From the IMG/VR virus record IMGVR_UViG_3300048855_000167, positions 1 to 64,000 of that record: a DNA stretch of 64,000 nucleotides. The stretch is one strand, 5' to 3'. Positions 1-9,347 of the stretch are shown in pieces (within the stretch, counting starts at the first letter, position 1; each line of letters opens with the position of its first letter). Below the pieces are notes generated by a model. It had not been told where the DNA came from. It did not search any database and worked only from the letters and a program-made list of their open reading frames with translations. A program made the translations under genes and the position numbers. Source of the stretch: a virus. Lineage: Duplodnaviria; Caudoviricetes.

Positions 1-492
1 TTATGCACCTAACTGGCTCAGTTCTGCGTGGAAACCAACACCGTAGGCCACGAGCGCGATTGCTGCCCACAGACCGATTGAGACGAGGAACGCTGGCCGG
101 AAGCGCCTGACGGGGACGGCGTTCGCCTCCTCAGTCTCCCTCAGCTTTTTCGTGAGATCGTTTTGGCTCCGCACCCGTCTGATGGCGATGTCGATGTCAG
201 CGGGGTCGAGGTTCTGGATGACCTGAAGATCCACCGAGCTGATCAGCACCTTGTGGTCGACGGCTGCCTCGCACATCGTTCTGATCTCTGAAGCCTTCCT
301 CAAACGCGGCCGCAATGGATCGCCCATGGTAACCGCCAGGAGACCGCGGCCGCCGATCAAGCGCCATTCTTCGGTGGCTTTGTCGTAGTCGGATTTGTGT
401 TTGCCGAAGGCGAAAAGGAACGGGTCGATCTTCGACAGCAGATCATAGGTCGAAACCCATGCCATGGCGGACAATGCAGCGGTGCCGGTCAT
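1..492 (-). CDS. Hypothetical protein with C-terminal transmembrane helix
   Basis: 163-aa ORF, stop at 1-3, hydrophobic C-terminus (FLVSIGLWAAIALVAYGVGF), ATGA-coupled to upstream ORF. Confidence 0.65.
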   Translation of the reverse strand: MTGTAALSAMAWVSTYDLLSKIDPFLFAFGKHKSDYDKATEEWRLIGGRGLLAVTMGDPLRPRLRKASEIRTMCEAAVDHKVLISSVDLQVIQNLDPADIDIAIRRVRSQNDLTKKLRETEEANAVPVRRFRPAFLVSIGLWAAIALVAYGVGFHAELSQLGA

Positions 493-656
493 GCTGCACC
501 GCCCTTCAGGCGCTTCACCTTGTCGATGATGATGCGCGGGTAGCGCTGCTTGAAAATGTCCCGGGCCTCCTTCGGGTCTTTGGCGTTGATGTCGATGTGC
601 CCGCCGCCGTCGTAATGGACGCGGAACAGGGTCGATTCCTCAGTCTGAGATTTCAT
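489..656 (-). CDS. Small hypothetical phage protein
   Basis: MKSQTEESTLFRVHYDGGGH; start overlaps stop of 653..1078 (ATGA). Confidence 0.6.
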   Translation of the reverse strand: MKSQTEESTLFRVHYDGGGHIDINAKDPKEARDIFKQRYPRIIIDKVKRLKGGAA

Positions 657-1078
657 TTCGGTTCTCCGGGTTTCGCATTTTTGCGGTTTTGGAAGGGACG
701 GGAGGGCCACTTGCTCTTGCTTGGTGGTGGCTCTTCGCCCTTGTCCTTCGCCAACAAGCGGCGACGGAAGTTCTCCTCTGAGTCAGAGACTCGATGCATT
801 TTTGCGATTTTGCCGACGTCGCCGTCAGCGGTAGTGATCCGTTTCTCCCCGCCGCGCCCGAAGGTCTTTTCCTTGTGCTCGGCGAGAAGCAGCATATCGA
901 TGTGGTCCGGGTCGTTAGCTGGCGGGACCGTGTCACCTGTGTGTGGGTTGATGGGCCGGAGCGCGAGTGCCGGGTTGTGGTCGAACTGAACGTCGGCGAC
1001 GCTCAGTCCGAACCTTCTCAAGGCAGCTATGAGTTTGACGCGGTCCGGTATCGCTTTGCGCTTTACCTTCTCTCGCAT
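653..1078 (-). CDS. HNH-like endonuclease family protein
   Basis: QFDHNPAL...NDPDHIDMLLLAEHKEKT resembles a Cys-less phage HNH core. Confidence 0.55.
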   Translation of the reverse strand: MREKVKRKAIPDRVKLIAALRRFGLSVADVQFDHNPALALRPINPHTGDTVPPANDPDHIDMLLLAEHKEKTFGRGGEKRITTADGDVGKIAKMHRVSDSEENFRRRLLAKDKGEEPPPSKSKWPSRPFQNRKNAKPGEPK

Positions 1079-1083
1079 CTACC

Positions 1084-1281
1084 TCAGAGCCGCCCGCCTC
1101 CGTTCTGGTAATTATTGAGGAGGCTGGCGATGGTCTCCGCCTTGCTCGGGTCAACCATGTGGCAGACCACGCCCTCTTCGTTACCCTCCAAGATATGCCG
1201 ATCGGTGACGTGGGACTCGACCACATAGGTCTGGTCTTCATCGGAGAGGCTGATAGTAATCGTCTTATAGCGAGCCTCCAT
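1084..1281 (-). CDS. Hypothetical protein
   Basis: 65-aa ORF tightly packed in leftward operon. Confidence 0.55.
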   Translation of the reverse strand: MEARYKTITISLSDEDQTYVVESHVTDRHILEGNEEGVVCHMVDPSKAETIASLLNNYQNGGGRL

Positions 1282-1283
1282 GG

Positions 1284-1643
1284 TTAAGCCTCCACGACAC
1301 GGGTGAGGGGCGCCGGGTCATGTTCGGACTCGAGCGGCTTCAGCTTGCGTGTCAGGTGAACCGCCTTGAGGGAAGCGAAGCTGCCGGCCTCGTCTCGGAC
1401 CCACACCATTTCGTCGTGGACCGCGAGCACCGTGACCTTCTCGAGTTCCTTCCCGTCGATGCCAGCGGGGCGCCACGCCTCATCACCAACCGCGAAGAAC
1501 GGGCGGACCAGTTGGATATCGTCGGCAGTTACCGTAAAGCCCTGGTATTGCACGTCGACGAAGACGCTTTCTGGCTTTGACTGATCGTACTTCACGACAC
1601 CTGGCACCAGGACCAGGTCACCTTTGCGAAATTGCTGTTGCAT
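1284..1643 (-). CDS. Hypothetical protein (two SH3/KOW-like beta repeats)
   Basis: Start MQQQFRKGDLVLV after GAGGAGG SD; second repeat FAVGDEAW. Confidence 0.6.
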   Translation of the reverse strand: MQQQFRKGDLVLVPGVVKYDQSKPESVFVDVQYQGFTVTADDIQLVRPFFAVGDEAWRPAGIDGKELEKVTVLAVHDEMVWVRDEAGSFASLKAVHLTRKLKPLESEHDPAPLTRVVEA

Positions 1644-1653
1644 AATCGCCTCC

Positions 1654-2382
1654 TCAAGCGAACGGTGTGCCGGCCAAGCCGCGCGATTGGTTGAGCCAGT
1701 GACGGGCGGTGTGCTTGGCCTCCGCATCGATGTGTGCCGCCTTGTTGACGCACCAATCGAGAAAGCCGAAGTCCATCTCCTCCCACTTTTTCCCGTAGTT
1801 CTGGCCGAACCTGACGGTGAGCTGCAGAACCGGAGCGCCGGTTAGCTCGATCAGCTTTTGCGGATGCTTCATCAGCACTTGCCGCGCGAGTATATGCGCC
1901 GTCACGTAGCAGTCTGGCCCGGCACGGTGCGGGGGGAGCGTCAGCTCGGACCACGCAAAGTCCTCCTCGAGGTTGAGGTAGTACCGGAGGGCTTGGTTGG
2001 AAAAGCTGGGCGCGTCAGGCCACAAGTGCTTGGCGCACTTCATTGTGCAAATCCAGGGGAAGGCCCCGCCGGCAAAGAACGACCGCTCGAACTCTGCATG
2101 GTGAGCGCAGAAGATGTCGCCGGGCTCCATGCCGCCCATCAGGATCATGCAAGCCTTGCCAGGGTCGATCGCGCCGGCCACCATGTCATCGCTGATATGA
2201 TGAACTGCCCGAGCTTCGGGCGGGATCGCGATTCCGGGATTGACGAGCATGGTCGTCGGGCGGGAAACGATCCCTGCCTCATCGACGTCGCAAAACGCGG
2301 CCTCGACGATGCCCACGGCCTTTCCTCTTTGGCGATCTTCCGGCGTCCCGGTAGTTTCGAAGTCAACCACGCGCAATTTCAT
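1654..2382 (-). CDS. DEDDh 3'-5' exonuclease (exonuclease X-like)
   Basis: VVDFETTG, AHHAEFE and HRAGPDCYVT motifs. Confidence 0.9.
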   Translation of the reverse strand: MKLRVVDFETTGTPEDRQRGKAVGIVEAAFCDVDEAGIVSRPTTMLVNPGIAIPPEARAVHHISDDMVAGAIDPGKACMILMGGMEPGDIFCAHHAEFERSFFAGGAFPWICTMKCAKHLWPDAPSFSNQALRYYLNLEEDFAWSELTLPPHRAGPDCYVTAHILARQVLMKHPQKLIELTGAPVLQLTVRFGQNYGKKWEEMDFGFLDWCVNKAAHIDAEAKHTARHWLNQSRGLAGTPFA

Positions 2383-2678
2383 GGCCTCACCTCCACTGCC
2401 GGAGCATCGGCCATTACTGCGGCCTGCAACTGCTCCTTCGCAGCCTGGAGGTCGTCGAGGGCCCATTTCGCGAGGCCTTTCAGGAGCGTCTCGCCCGGGA
2501 AGTGCTCCCGCGCCAGGGCCTCGATGGCTTCCTTCATGGTGTAGTCACCGTGGTCGACGTGGATCGACATACGGTACCGGCCGCCTTCTTTTTCGAACCG
2601 GTGCACCGCATCAAGGACGCGCTCCTGTCGCGCGACCTTCTCGGTGAGTTGGAATATCTCTTCTGTGTATTTTCTCAC
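2379..2678 (-). CDS. Hypothetical protein
   Basis: 99-aa ORF coupled to the exonuclease start. Confidence 0.6.
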   Translation of the reverse strand: MRKYTEEIFQLTEKVARQERVLDAVHRFEKEGGRYRMSIHVDHGDYTMKEAIEALAREHFPGETLLKGLAKWALDDLQAAKEQLQAAVMADAPAVEVRP

Positions 2679-2762
2679 GATTAATCCTCTGCCGTTTCAC
2701 TCCCCAGCATTCGCGCTGAGGTTTACGGAGCCCCGTGCAAGGGCTCCGATTTCAATTCAGGG

Positions 2763-4022
2763 TTAGGGGTATTTGCCGACATTTAACTTTTCGACATCGA
2801 GCAGGGACTTGATTTTGTGGACGAACATAGCGTGTTCGCCGGCCCAAGCTTCTTCCTTCACCTGTTGCTGGATCGCGTAATCGGACATGTCGATGCAGGC
2901 TTTGAGCAGCGGGTGCGTGTAGTCGGGAGTTGCTTCCTTCCAATCGACCGCCGACTTCTTGAGCACACCGCGCCGGCCGGGAGGATCGAGATCCGGGAGC
3001 AGGGCAACGCCGAGCAGCTTCTCAACCGCTTCGACGACCTTCGCCTTGTCGGCGGGGAAAACATCGACGTCGGGGACTGCTGGTGGCGCCAAGTCCTTCT
3101 TGGTCTCGGTCTTGGTCTGCTGATTGTTCCCTGCGTCTTTGTTCTCTGGCTGCCGCTCCTGCTTTCGCGAAGCCTTCCCGTCGCCGGTGTTGTTGTTCCG
3201 CTGCTGGCGCGGCTCATGCTGGCGGTCCGCAGGTTGCGTTTCCCGCGGCTGCTGCATCGGGGTCTGCTTCTTGTGCTCCAGCGCCGGTGTGGCGTTGCCT
3301 TCGAGGACTTCGCCGGTGAACGGGTTGGTCCGCTCGACCACGCGGTTCGGTGTGAAGTCGAAGAGCTCGTCCTGGCGCTCGAGAAGTGCCCGGATCTTGT
3401 CGTTGTTGACCGAAATGTATTTGGCGCCGCGCCGGAGCACGGCCTTCTTGTACATTTCGTTCGTCCAATTCTTCCAAGCCGGGCTGTCGGGCGCTTTCGA
3501 CGCCCTGCGCACTCTCTCGAAGTCCTCGAGGGACATCTTCTCGAGGTGCATCACCCGGTTCTGCTCGTCCCGGAACACGACATAGCCACCAACAACCGGC
3601 CCACGGGCTTCCGCCGTGGCAAAGGGATTGGACTTGTGGGAGAGCGAGTCGGGATCAGCCTCGTCCAGAACGAACTCGTCGTTCTTGTGAACCAGATTGC
3701 AGATGATGTTGAAGACGCCGCCAAGCTCCTTCATCCGCTTGATCATGCCCTGCACCATAGGTTGGTACTGGAGCTCCCCCTTGTAGGGGATCATGGCGGC
3801 TTCCTTATTGTCCGGCACAAGGCCGTCGGCCGCGCACTTTGAGATCTCGCGCTTGATGCTGTTCTCGGAGCATTTGAGAATGTCCGGGTTCTGCTGCACG
3901 GCAATCATAAAGACCGAGCGAAGGCGATCGAAGCTCTTGCCGCTCTCGATAATAAGTGGCTCGAGCTCGACGCGCAGGCCGTCGATCAGGCGGCCGGCAT
4001 CAGCGGTTATTAGGCTGTTCAT
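2763..4022 (-). CDS. recT: RecT-family ssDNA annealing protein with long C-terminal extension
   Basis: CAADGLVPDNKEAAMIPY, YQPMVQGM, W..W..EMYKKAVLRRGAKY motifs. Confidence 0.88.
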   Translation of the reverse strand: MNSLITADAGRLIDGLRVELEPLIIESGKSFDRLRSVFMIAVQQNPDILKCSENSIKREISKCAADGLVPDNKEAAMIPYKGELQYQPMVQGMIKRMKELGGVFNIICNLVHKNDEFVLDEADPDSLSHKSNPFATAEARGPVVGGYVVFRDEQNRVMHLEKMSLEDFERVRRASKAPDSPAWKNWTNEMYKKAVLRRGAKYISVNNDKIRALLERQDELFDFTPNRVVERTNPFTGEVLEGNATPALEHKKQTPMQQPRETQPADRQHEPRQQRNNNTGDGKASRKQERQPENKDAGNNQQTKTETKKDLAPPAVPDVDVFPADKAKVVEAVEKLLGVALLPDLDPPGRRGVLKKSAVDWKEATPDYTHPLLKACIDMSDYAIQQQVKEEAWAGEHAMFVHKIKSLLDVEKLNVGKYP

Positions 4023-5130
4023 ACTGGATTCCTCGATTGTAGGTGGGCATGACCGAAAAATTCAGGCGAAGCGGGGTCTTCGGGGGAGGCGTCCAAAGCT
4101 GGCCCGGGCCGAACTCGTTCATGTATGCGTGGTAGGTTGCGATCGCGTCGGCCACGATGTTCTTCGCGTGGTCGAACATGCGGTCTTCCGTGTCGATCGA
4201 CAGGGTGACGGGGATCATGCCGGAGTCGCGGCGGACCATGACCCAAACCCAATCGACGCCGTCTCCACCGAGGAAGTCCTTGATGAACCCGTCGGTCGGA
4301 GCGTCACCGTAGACAGCGCCGTATGCGAGGAGCTTCTTCGCTTCCGTGAAGACCTGCATGTAAGCCGCGACCTGGACGTCGTAGCACATGTCGTAGACCT
4401 TCCGGATCGCCGCTTCCTCATGGCTGCCACCCTTGAAGGTGGTGAAGGACTTGAGGTCGACGATGAGCGATTTTACCCGGTTGCCGATGGGCGGGATCGC
4501 GTAGTCGAAGCGAGCCTTGCGACGGAGCCCGTCGATGGTGACGATGATCGAGAGCTCCGGCGCACCGTTGATGAGCGACCCGGCAACCATCACGGAGGCA
4601 AGCGTGGGATCGCGCGCCATGTTGCAGACCGCGTCCTCGATCTCCTGCACCTGCCGATCGGACAGGTCTTCGTGGTCCGGGTGCTCGAAGTGCCATCGGG
4701 CAAGGATTTCGTCGAAGAACGGCGGGCAATCATCCAGTTCGCGAGCGCGGGCCATGAGCTCCGGCTTATTGCCGGTGAGCTTCTGGCCGTTCTGGCGGAG
4801 GAAGTCCTTGATCTGGTCGGTGTTGTTGAGCGCGTGCGGATAATCGCCCGGTACCGGCGGGTTGGCATACCGCTCTTCGAACGCTGTCTTGCCTTCCAGC
4901 ACTCGGCAATGCCAGGCGCGGCCCCAGGTCAGATATTCGGGGGTGACATCCTTGCGCGGGCGGAGGCGATCGTACTGCCATTTGCAGGGATCTTTCGCCA
5001 ACGCCATGAACGAGGTGGAGCCGATCGCCGTGTCGGTGTGGTAGATCTCCTCCGGCAGGCCGAAGTAAATGCCGTCTGGCAGCTGGTAGCGGCCCTCAGC
5101 GTCTGGCTTGAAATCGAGATAGGTTTTCAC
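4000..5130 (-). CDS. PD-(D/E)XK exonuclease (RecE/ExoVIII-like, DUF3799)
   Basis: YHTDTAIGST, WGRAWHCRVLE, KARFD...IVDLKS, YDVQVAAY; adjacent to recT. Confidence 0.82.
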   Translation of the reverse strand: MKTYLDFKPDAEGRYQLPDGIYFGLPEEIYHTDTAIGSTSFMALAKDPCKWQYDRLRPRKDVTPEYLTWGRAWHCRVLEGKTAFEERYANPPVPGDYPHALNNTDQIKDFLRQNGQKLTGNKPELMARARELDDCPPFFDEILARWHFEHPDHEDLSDRQVQEIEDAVCNMARDPTLASVMVAGSLINGAPELSIIVTIDGLRRKARFDYAIPPIGNRVKSLIVDLKSFTTFKGGSHEEAAIRKVYDMCYDVQVAAYMQVFTEAKKLLAYGAVYGDAPTDGFIKDFLGGDGVDWVWVMVRRDSGMIPVTLSIDTEDRMFDHAKNIVADAIATYHAYMNEFGPGQLWTPPPKTPLRLNFSVMPTYNRGIQYEQPNNR

Positions 5131-5429
5131 TGCTGAACCTCGTCAAAATCGGGGATGACGACGTCGGGGAGCGCGCCGTCGATCATGTCGGCCAGCGCGC
5201 GCAGGGTGCGCGCCGACTTCTCGGCTTCAATGTGATGGCTGCTGACGCGGGCGTGAAAGTCATACGCGGCGTCAACTCTGAAGGACGTGCCGACCTTGAT
5301 CTGCCTCCCGCCGTTGAGCTTTTCGAACTCCTTACTCCAGGTCGTCGAAAACCCTGCGGCCTTGGCGATTTCATCCTCGTCCATCTCGACGAGGAACTTT
5401 CGATCGGTGATTGCTGCCATGATCTTCAT
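5127..5429 (-). CDS. Hypothetical protein
   Basis: 100-aa ORF with 4-nt overlaps on both sides. Confidence 0.65.
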   Translation of the reverse strand: MKIMAAITDRKFLVEMDEDEIAKAAGFSTTWSKEFEKLNGGRQIKVGTSFRVDAAYDFHARVSSHHIEAEKSARTLRALADMIDGALPDVVIPDFDEVQQ

Positions 5430-5848
5430 GCGTCACCGCCTTTCCGGAGGAGGCTCACGCCGTCGGCGAAGCGCGCGTCCCACATCGACCGGAAGTCGGT
5501 ATCGGGGCTCAAAGTACCGGCGGAGATCGCCTCGAGGAGCGCGACGACTCGGGTTTCGGCAGCCTCGTCGGTCTCCGCCCAGAACTGGTAGCCGTGATTG
5601 GCCGGCTCCAGCCGGTGCATAGGGGGCTCAACCGAGTGGTCCGGATCGAGCGCGAACACCAGGAGCTCGTGCGTCATTCCCTCCTTGTAGAGGGTGGGAG
5701 CCGGCTGGCCCGGGAGCTCGGTGGTGAGGTCGTATAGGAACACGACATAGCAATCCCAAAGAGGGTGCGCCCAAGCCGCCTCGACGATCCACGTCTTGTT
5801 GAATGCGTCGGTGACCGGCGCTGCGGGAATATGTTCGCGGAATGTCAT
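5426..5848 (-). CDS. Hypothetical phage protein
   Basis: 140-aa ORF, coupled; motifs AHPLW and LSPDTDF. Confidence 0.65.
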   Translation of the reverse strand: MTFREHIPAAPVTDAFNKTWIVEAAWAHPLWDCYVVFLYDLTTELPGQPAPTLYKEGMTHELLVFALDPDHSVEPPMHRLEPANHGYQFWAETDEAAETRVVALLEAISAGTLSPDTDFRSMWDARFADGVSLLRKGGDA

Positions 5849-7128
5849 TCGGCTGCCTCCAGCTGGGCGCCGGCAACGCGACCGTCCTCGATGACGATCG
5901 CGGTCTCGCGCGGCGACTGCACGGACTCGAGCCAGATCTGCATGTCGTGCTCTTCCGCGTAGGTGGAGAGCAGCTTCATGGAATCGGTATCGAGCAGCGA
6001 GCCGTCACGCACGCGGATGACGCGCAGCTTCGGGTTCATGGCGCCGGCAACAGCGACCGACACGCGGAGCTGCTCGGCGTCGCTCGCCTGGTCGAAAGGC
6101 TGGCCGTTAACGAGGATGGCATCATCGGTGAGCTCAAGGCCGCCGACCGGGAGCTCGGCTCGCCTGACGGCGCTGGAAGCTGCTTCCTTGCGGTCGTCGA
6201 TGGTCTTGGTGTAGGCGGCGCTCTTCTCCTCGGCCGCCTTCAGTTCGCTCTGCAGCGTTGCGCGCTGTTGCTTGCGATCGACGTAGCGGTTGGTCTCTTC
6301 CGCCTTGGTGATCTGCTGGCGGATGCTCTCGATGTCGAGCTTCTCGCCGCTAGTGTCGATGCCGTCGGCCTCGTCCCGCAGTTCCTCGATCGCCAGTTCG
6401 TCGGCGATGATGGCTGCCTGCAGAGTTTTGATCTGCTGCTTGCGGTCGGCAATGACCGCCTCGATAGACCCGATGCGCTGGTCGATGTTCACCCGCTTGG
6501 TTCTGGCGGCATCGATCTTGCTGTTGTGGTCCATTGCGCTGGACAGTTCGCCCATCAGGGATTCAGCACTGATGCGCTGGTCGGGAGTGTCCTCCGGCAC
6601 GATGATGGCCTCGATGCGGGCCTTCAGATCGCGAACGGTGCGGTTAACTTCGGTCCGTGCCTCGAAGTCCGCCTTGTTCTTGGTGTCGGCGTCCGCGAAG
6701 TCATAGTCCTTCACCAGGGCTCGCAACGCCACGACCTGATCCTGTGGCTTCATGCGAGCGAAGGCGAGGGGGTCGAAGGTGAGGTCGCCGATGAAGGTCT
6801 CGAGCAGCTTGACCGGGCTGTCGGCCTTGAAGCCATCCTTATTCTTCACCGTGAGGGCGATGGTGACGTCGCCGTCAGGCTTCCGCTTGAAGGTCTTGGT
6901 GACGATGTAGTCGCCGAGGTCAAGCTCGACAAAGCCCTTCTCGGCGCCTTCACGGATTGGGCTGGACTGCACCACCTTGTTGGAGTCGAGCGCCCACCAG
7001 ATGGCATCCAGGATGGACGTCTTGCCCTGGCCGTTCTTGCCCGTGATCTCAACAAGATTGCCATCTGGTCGGATGTCGACGGCAACCAGCCGCTTAATAT
7101 TTTCTGCCTGCAATGAAACGATCTTCAC
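5845..7128 (-). CDS. SMC/Rad50-like ABC-type ATPase with coiled coil
   Basis: AENIKRL, Walker A GKNGQGKTS, central coiled coil, signature-like QASDAEQ, degenerate Walker B VRDGSLLD. Confidence 0.85.
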   Translation of the reverse strand: MKIVSLQAENIKRLVAVDIRPDGNLVEITGKNGQGKTSILDAIWWALDSNKVVQSSPIREGAEKGFVELDLGDYIVTKTFKRKPDGDVTIALTVKNKDGFKADSPVKLLETFIGDLTFDPLAFARMKPQDQVVALRALVKDYDFADADTKNKADFEARTEVNRTVRDLKARIEAIIVPEDTPDQRISAESLMGELSSAMDHNSKIDAARTKRVNIDQRIGSIEAVIADRKQQIKTLQAAIIADELAIEELRDEADGIDTSGEKLDIESIRQQITKAEETNRYVDRKQQRATLQSELKAAEEKSAAYTKTIDDRKEAASSAVRRAELPVGGLELTDDAILVNGQPFDQASDAEQLRVSVAVAGAMNPKLRVIRVRDGSLLDTDSMKLLSTYAEEHDMQIWLESVQSPRETAIVIEDGRVAGAQLEAAE

Positions 7129-7131
7129 GAC

Positions 7132-7350
7132 TTAATCCTCAGTTGGATGATCTTCTGCTCTTGCTTCCGCGATGAAATTTTCGCGGACTTTCTCTGGCAA
7201 TCGCCGCCATCGGCGGACGCATGCCTGCTCCGGGGTCTCCGGGATCTGTTTGCCGTTGAGATTGAGCACCAGGCAGGAGCCAACCCCGAAGGCGATGAAG
7301 CGTCGGTAGATTTCGAAGGCTCGCGCCTCAATCAGTTCGTCGTCGATCAA
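7132..7350 (-). CDS. Hypothetical protein
   Basis: TTG start overlapping upstream stop (TTGA) with GGGGTGGA SD; IDDELIEARAFEIYRR. Confidence 0.55.
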   Translation of the reverse strand: MIDDELIEARAFEIYRRFIAFGVGSCLVLNLNGKQIPETPEQACVRRWRRLPEKVRENFIAEARAEDHPTED

Positions 7351-7517
7351 AGATCCACCCCATGCGCTCGTGCGAGGCACTGAACGCGGGATGATTCGAT
7401 GAGCTCTTTCTGCTCGACGGACAGCTGTTCGCCGCGGTGCCATGCCTTAATGGCCTCAACCGTGGCGGAGCGAGCGTCGGTGGCTTTCGCCAATGCAGAT
7501 TGTATCGAGTGATTCAT
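7347..7517 (-). CDS. Hypothetical protein, first gene of pL-like operon
   Basis: MNHSIQSALAK; just downstream of predicted promoter. Confidence 0.45.
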   Translation of the reverse strand: MNHSIQSALAKATDARSATVEAIKAWHRGEQLSVEQKELIESSRVQCLARAHGVDL

Positions 7518-7559
7518 GGGAGCCGCGAAACTGCCGTTATCTACGTATCGAATGACGCA

Positions 7560-7620
7560 GATAATACGCAACGTATTGGGTCTGTCAACGGTGCTCCAAA
7601 TTTATTCGTAACGTATTGAC
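7560..7620 (-). promoter_or_regulatory. pL-like promoter with two repressor operators
   Basis: Minus strand TTGACA-N16-TATTAT; operators AATACGcaaCGTATT (7563-7577) and TATTCGtaaCGTATT (7603-7617). Confidence 0.75.
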
Positions 7621-7640
7621 TGACGGCGCGGGCGGGGAGC

Positions 7641-7683
7641 ATAAAAGAGAAAGCCCCGCACCTCTTTGCAGGAGGTCGGGGCT
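7641..7683 (-). terminator. Intrinsic terminator downstream of cI
   Basis: Minus strand AGCCCCGACCTC...GAGGTGCGGGGCT followed by TTCTCTTTT. Confidence 0.65.
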
Positions 7684-7738
7684 GAGACTGGAAGGCAAAT
7701 TCGTTTCGCGGCGAAGATCTCCAGTAGCGCTGAATATA

Positions 7739-7753
7739 CATACGTAACGTATT
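7739..7753. promoter_or_regulatory. Third left operator
   Basis: CATACGtaaCGTATT. Confidence 0.65.
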
Positions 7754-8214
7754 ATTTCAAGCTACTCGACCTCGCCTTGTTCCAAATCCTGTCCAGTCTG
7801 CATCATGTGAATGACGCGGACCGGTTCGCCCATGATGTAGATACCGAGCAAGAACGGGATTTGATCTGGCTCAAGGGGTTTCTGGCGGCGAAAGCTGGCA
7901 GCCTGCCCTGATCAACGGAGACGTCTCCGAAAAAGAGGCTGATATGGTGGGGCGGACGAACACGCTGCCATCTGTGGGATAAGCGGTGGTCGGCTCGGTC
8001 GGGCAGATACTCCTTCCACTCCAGGGAACACGCTTCTAGTCGGAGCGTGGTTCTTGGTTTGTGGGCATCACAGTGATCTCTCAATCGAGCAGGGAAAGAA
8101 AATCAAGACTCCAGTGAAGGGTAGAGAGGGTATTGATAGACCTCGAGGAGTTCTTGAATTTACGCTTATTGGTTGTCTCAAGCGGGAAATTTAGAAAAAC
8201 GCAGAGCCCGAAAA

Positions 8215-8952
8215 TCAGATCGATCGGCCGAACCACATGACCCGGCCGGCAATGTTGAGCAGATCCACTTCGCCAGAGGTAACTTCTTCCGCCGGGTACT
8301 TAGGGTTGTCGCTGATCAGCTGAAGAGACCCGTTCATCCTTCCGTGGATTCGCTTCACCAGGACCATATCCCCATAGATCACCACATAGATGGCGTTGTC
8401 CTTCACCCGGTTTATCGAGGTGTCGACGAGCAAGACGTCACCGTCTCGAATCGTCTCCTCCATGCTATCGCCGCGGGCGCTGAGGATGCGAGCGGCCGAC
8501 GGATTGACGCCTTTCGCGCGCAGCCAGTGAGATTGGAACGCGAGATATTCTAACGGATCTTCGCCATAGGGAACCAACCCGTTCCCCGCTGATGCCTGGA
8601 CATCAAGACGCGGGATCAACGCGAATTCCTGGGAGCCTCCGCCTTCCGTCTGGAAATAGAAGACGTCGCCGTCGGCTTTTCCTTTAACGAGCGCCGTCAC
8701 CTCGGACTCGGCGCCAATCGAAGTCACTTTATACGCGCCGTCGGGAGTGCCGAACATCAACCATGCGGGGTCTACATTAAAGTGCTCCGCGTATTTGATC
8801 GCAGCCAAGCGGTCGAATTCCCGCGTGCCGTTTTCATGCGCTGTGTAGGTAACGATCTTCGTATTGATCCTGCGAGCAGCATCAGATGCCGTTTTATCAC
8901 CTGCTTTTGCCCGGGCAAAACGTAACCGAGCGTGCGGAGTATCCAACTTCAT
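8215..8952 (-). CDS. CI-like repressor (XRE HTH plus S24 autopeptidase)
   Basis: N-terminal HTH (RLRFARAKAG...YTAHENGTR); RGDSMEETI and MVLVKRI catalytic Ser/Lys; in-frame alternative start at 8985. Confidence 0.92.
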   Translation of the reverse strand: MKLDTPHARLRFARAKAGDKTASDAARRINTKIVTYTAHENGTREFDRLAAIKYAEHFNVDPAWLMFGTPDGAYKVTSIGAESEVTALVKGKADGDVFYFQTEGGGSQEFALIPRLDVQASAGNGLVPYGEDPLEYLAFQSHWLRAKGVNPSAARILSARGDSMEETIRDGDVLLVDTSINRVKDNAIYVVIYGDMVLVKRIHGRMNGSLQLISDNPKYPAEEVTSGEVDLLNIAGRVMWFGRSI

Positions 8953-8982
8953 GCTCTCTGAAACTCCTCTTTTGTGTGGCTT

Positions 8983-9027
8983 CATACGTTACGTATTGAC
9001 CGAATAAAAATGCGTTCCGTATATATT
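8983..9027 (+). promoter_or_regulatory. pR-like promoter with two operators
   Basis: CATACGttaCGTATT (8983-8997) overlapping TTGACC; AATGCGttcCGTATA (9009-9023) overlapping TATATA/TATATT. Confidence 0.7.
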
Positions 9028-9053
9028 ACCTCAAATTGGAGACGTAAAGCCAG

Positions 9054-9335
9054 ATGGAACCCAAAGAACTTGCGGTAAAGGAAAACGGCTACGAGGCCAA
9101 GCTCACGGGGGACCAGGTGCGGTTCATCCGCATGATGCTCAAGGAGAGCCAAGCGACCTTCGCAATGCGCTTCGCAGTTCAGCAGCCGGTCATCTTCCGG
9201 TTGGAGAAAAAGCGGACGGTCGAGCAGGGGCCGCTCATCATCCTCATCGACATGCTGGCGAAGCAGTTCAGCATTGAGGTGCCGGAGAAACCCATCCGCC
9301 GGCCAGATCCCGTGCCGGCCGCGGCGGCTGAATGA
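9054..9335 (+). CDS. Cro-like XRE HTH protein
   Basis: Divergent from cI; SQATFAMRFAVQQPVIFRLEK helix-turn-helix. Confidence 0.75.
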   Translation: MEPKELAVKENGYEAKLTGDQVRFIRMMLKESQATFAMRFAVQQPVIFRLEKKRTVEQGPLIILIDMLAKQFSIEVPEKPIRRPDPVPAAAAE

Positions 9336-9347
9336 GGGAGCCGCGCG

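Noticed and set aside
7760-8210. ORFs between cI and pL (7803..8084 -, 7666..7911 +)
   Set aside because: No SD, atypical composition and no motif; possibly a decayed moron but unsupported
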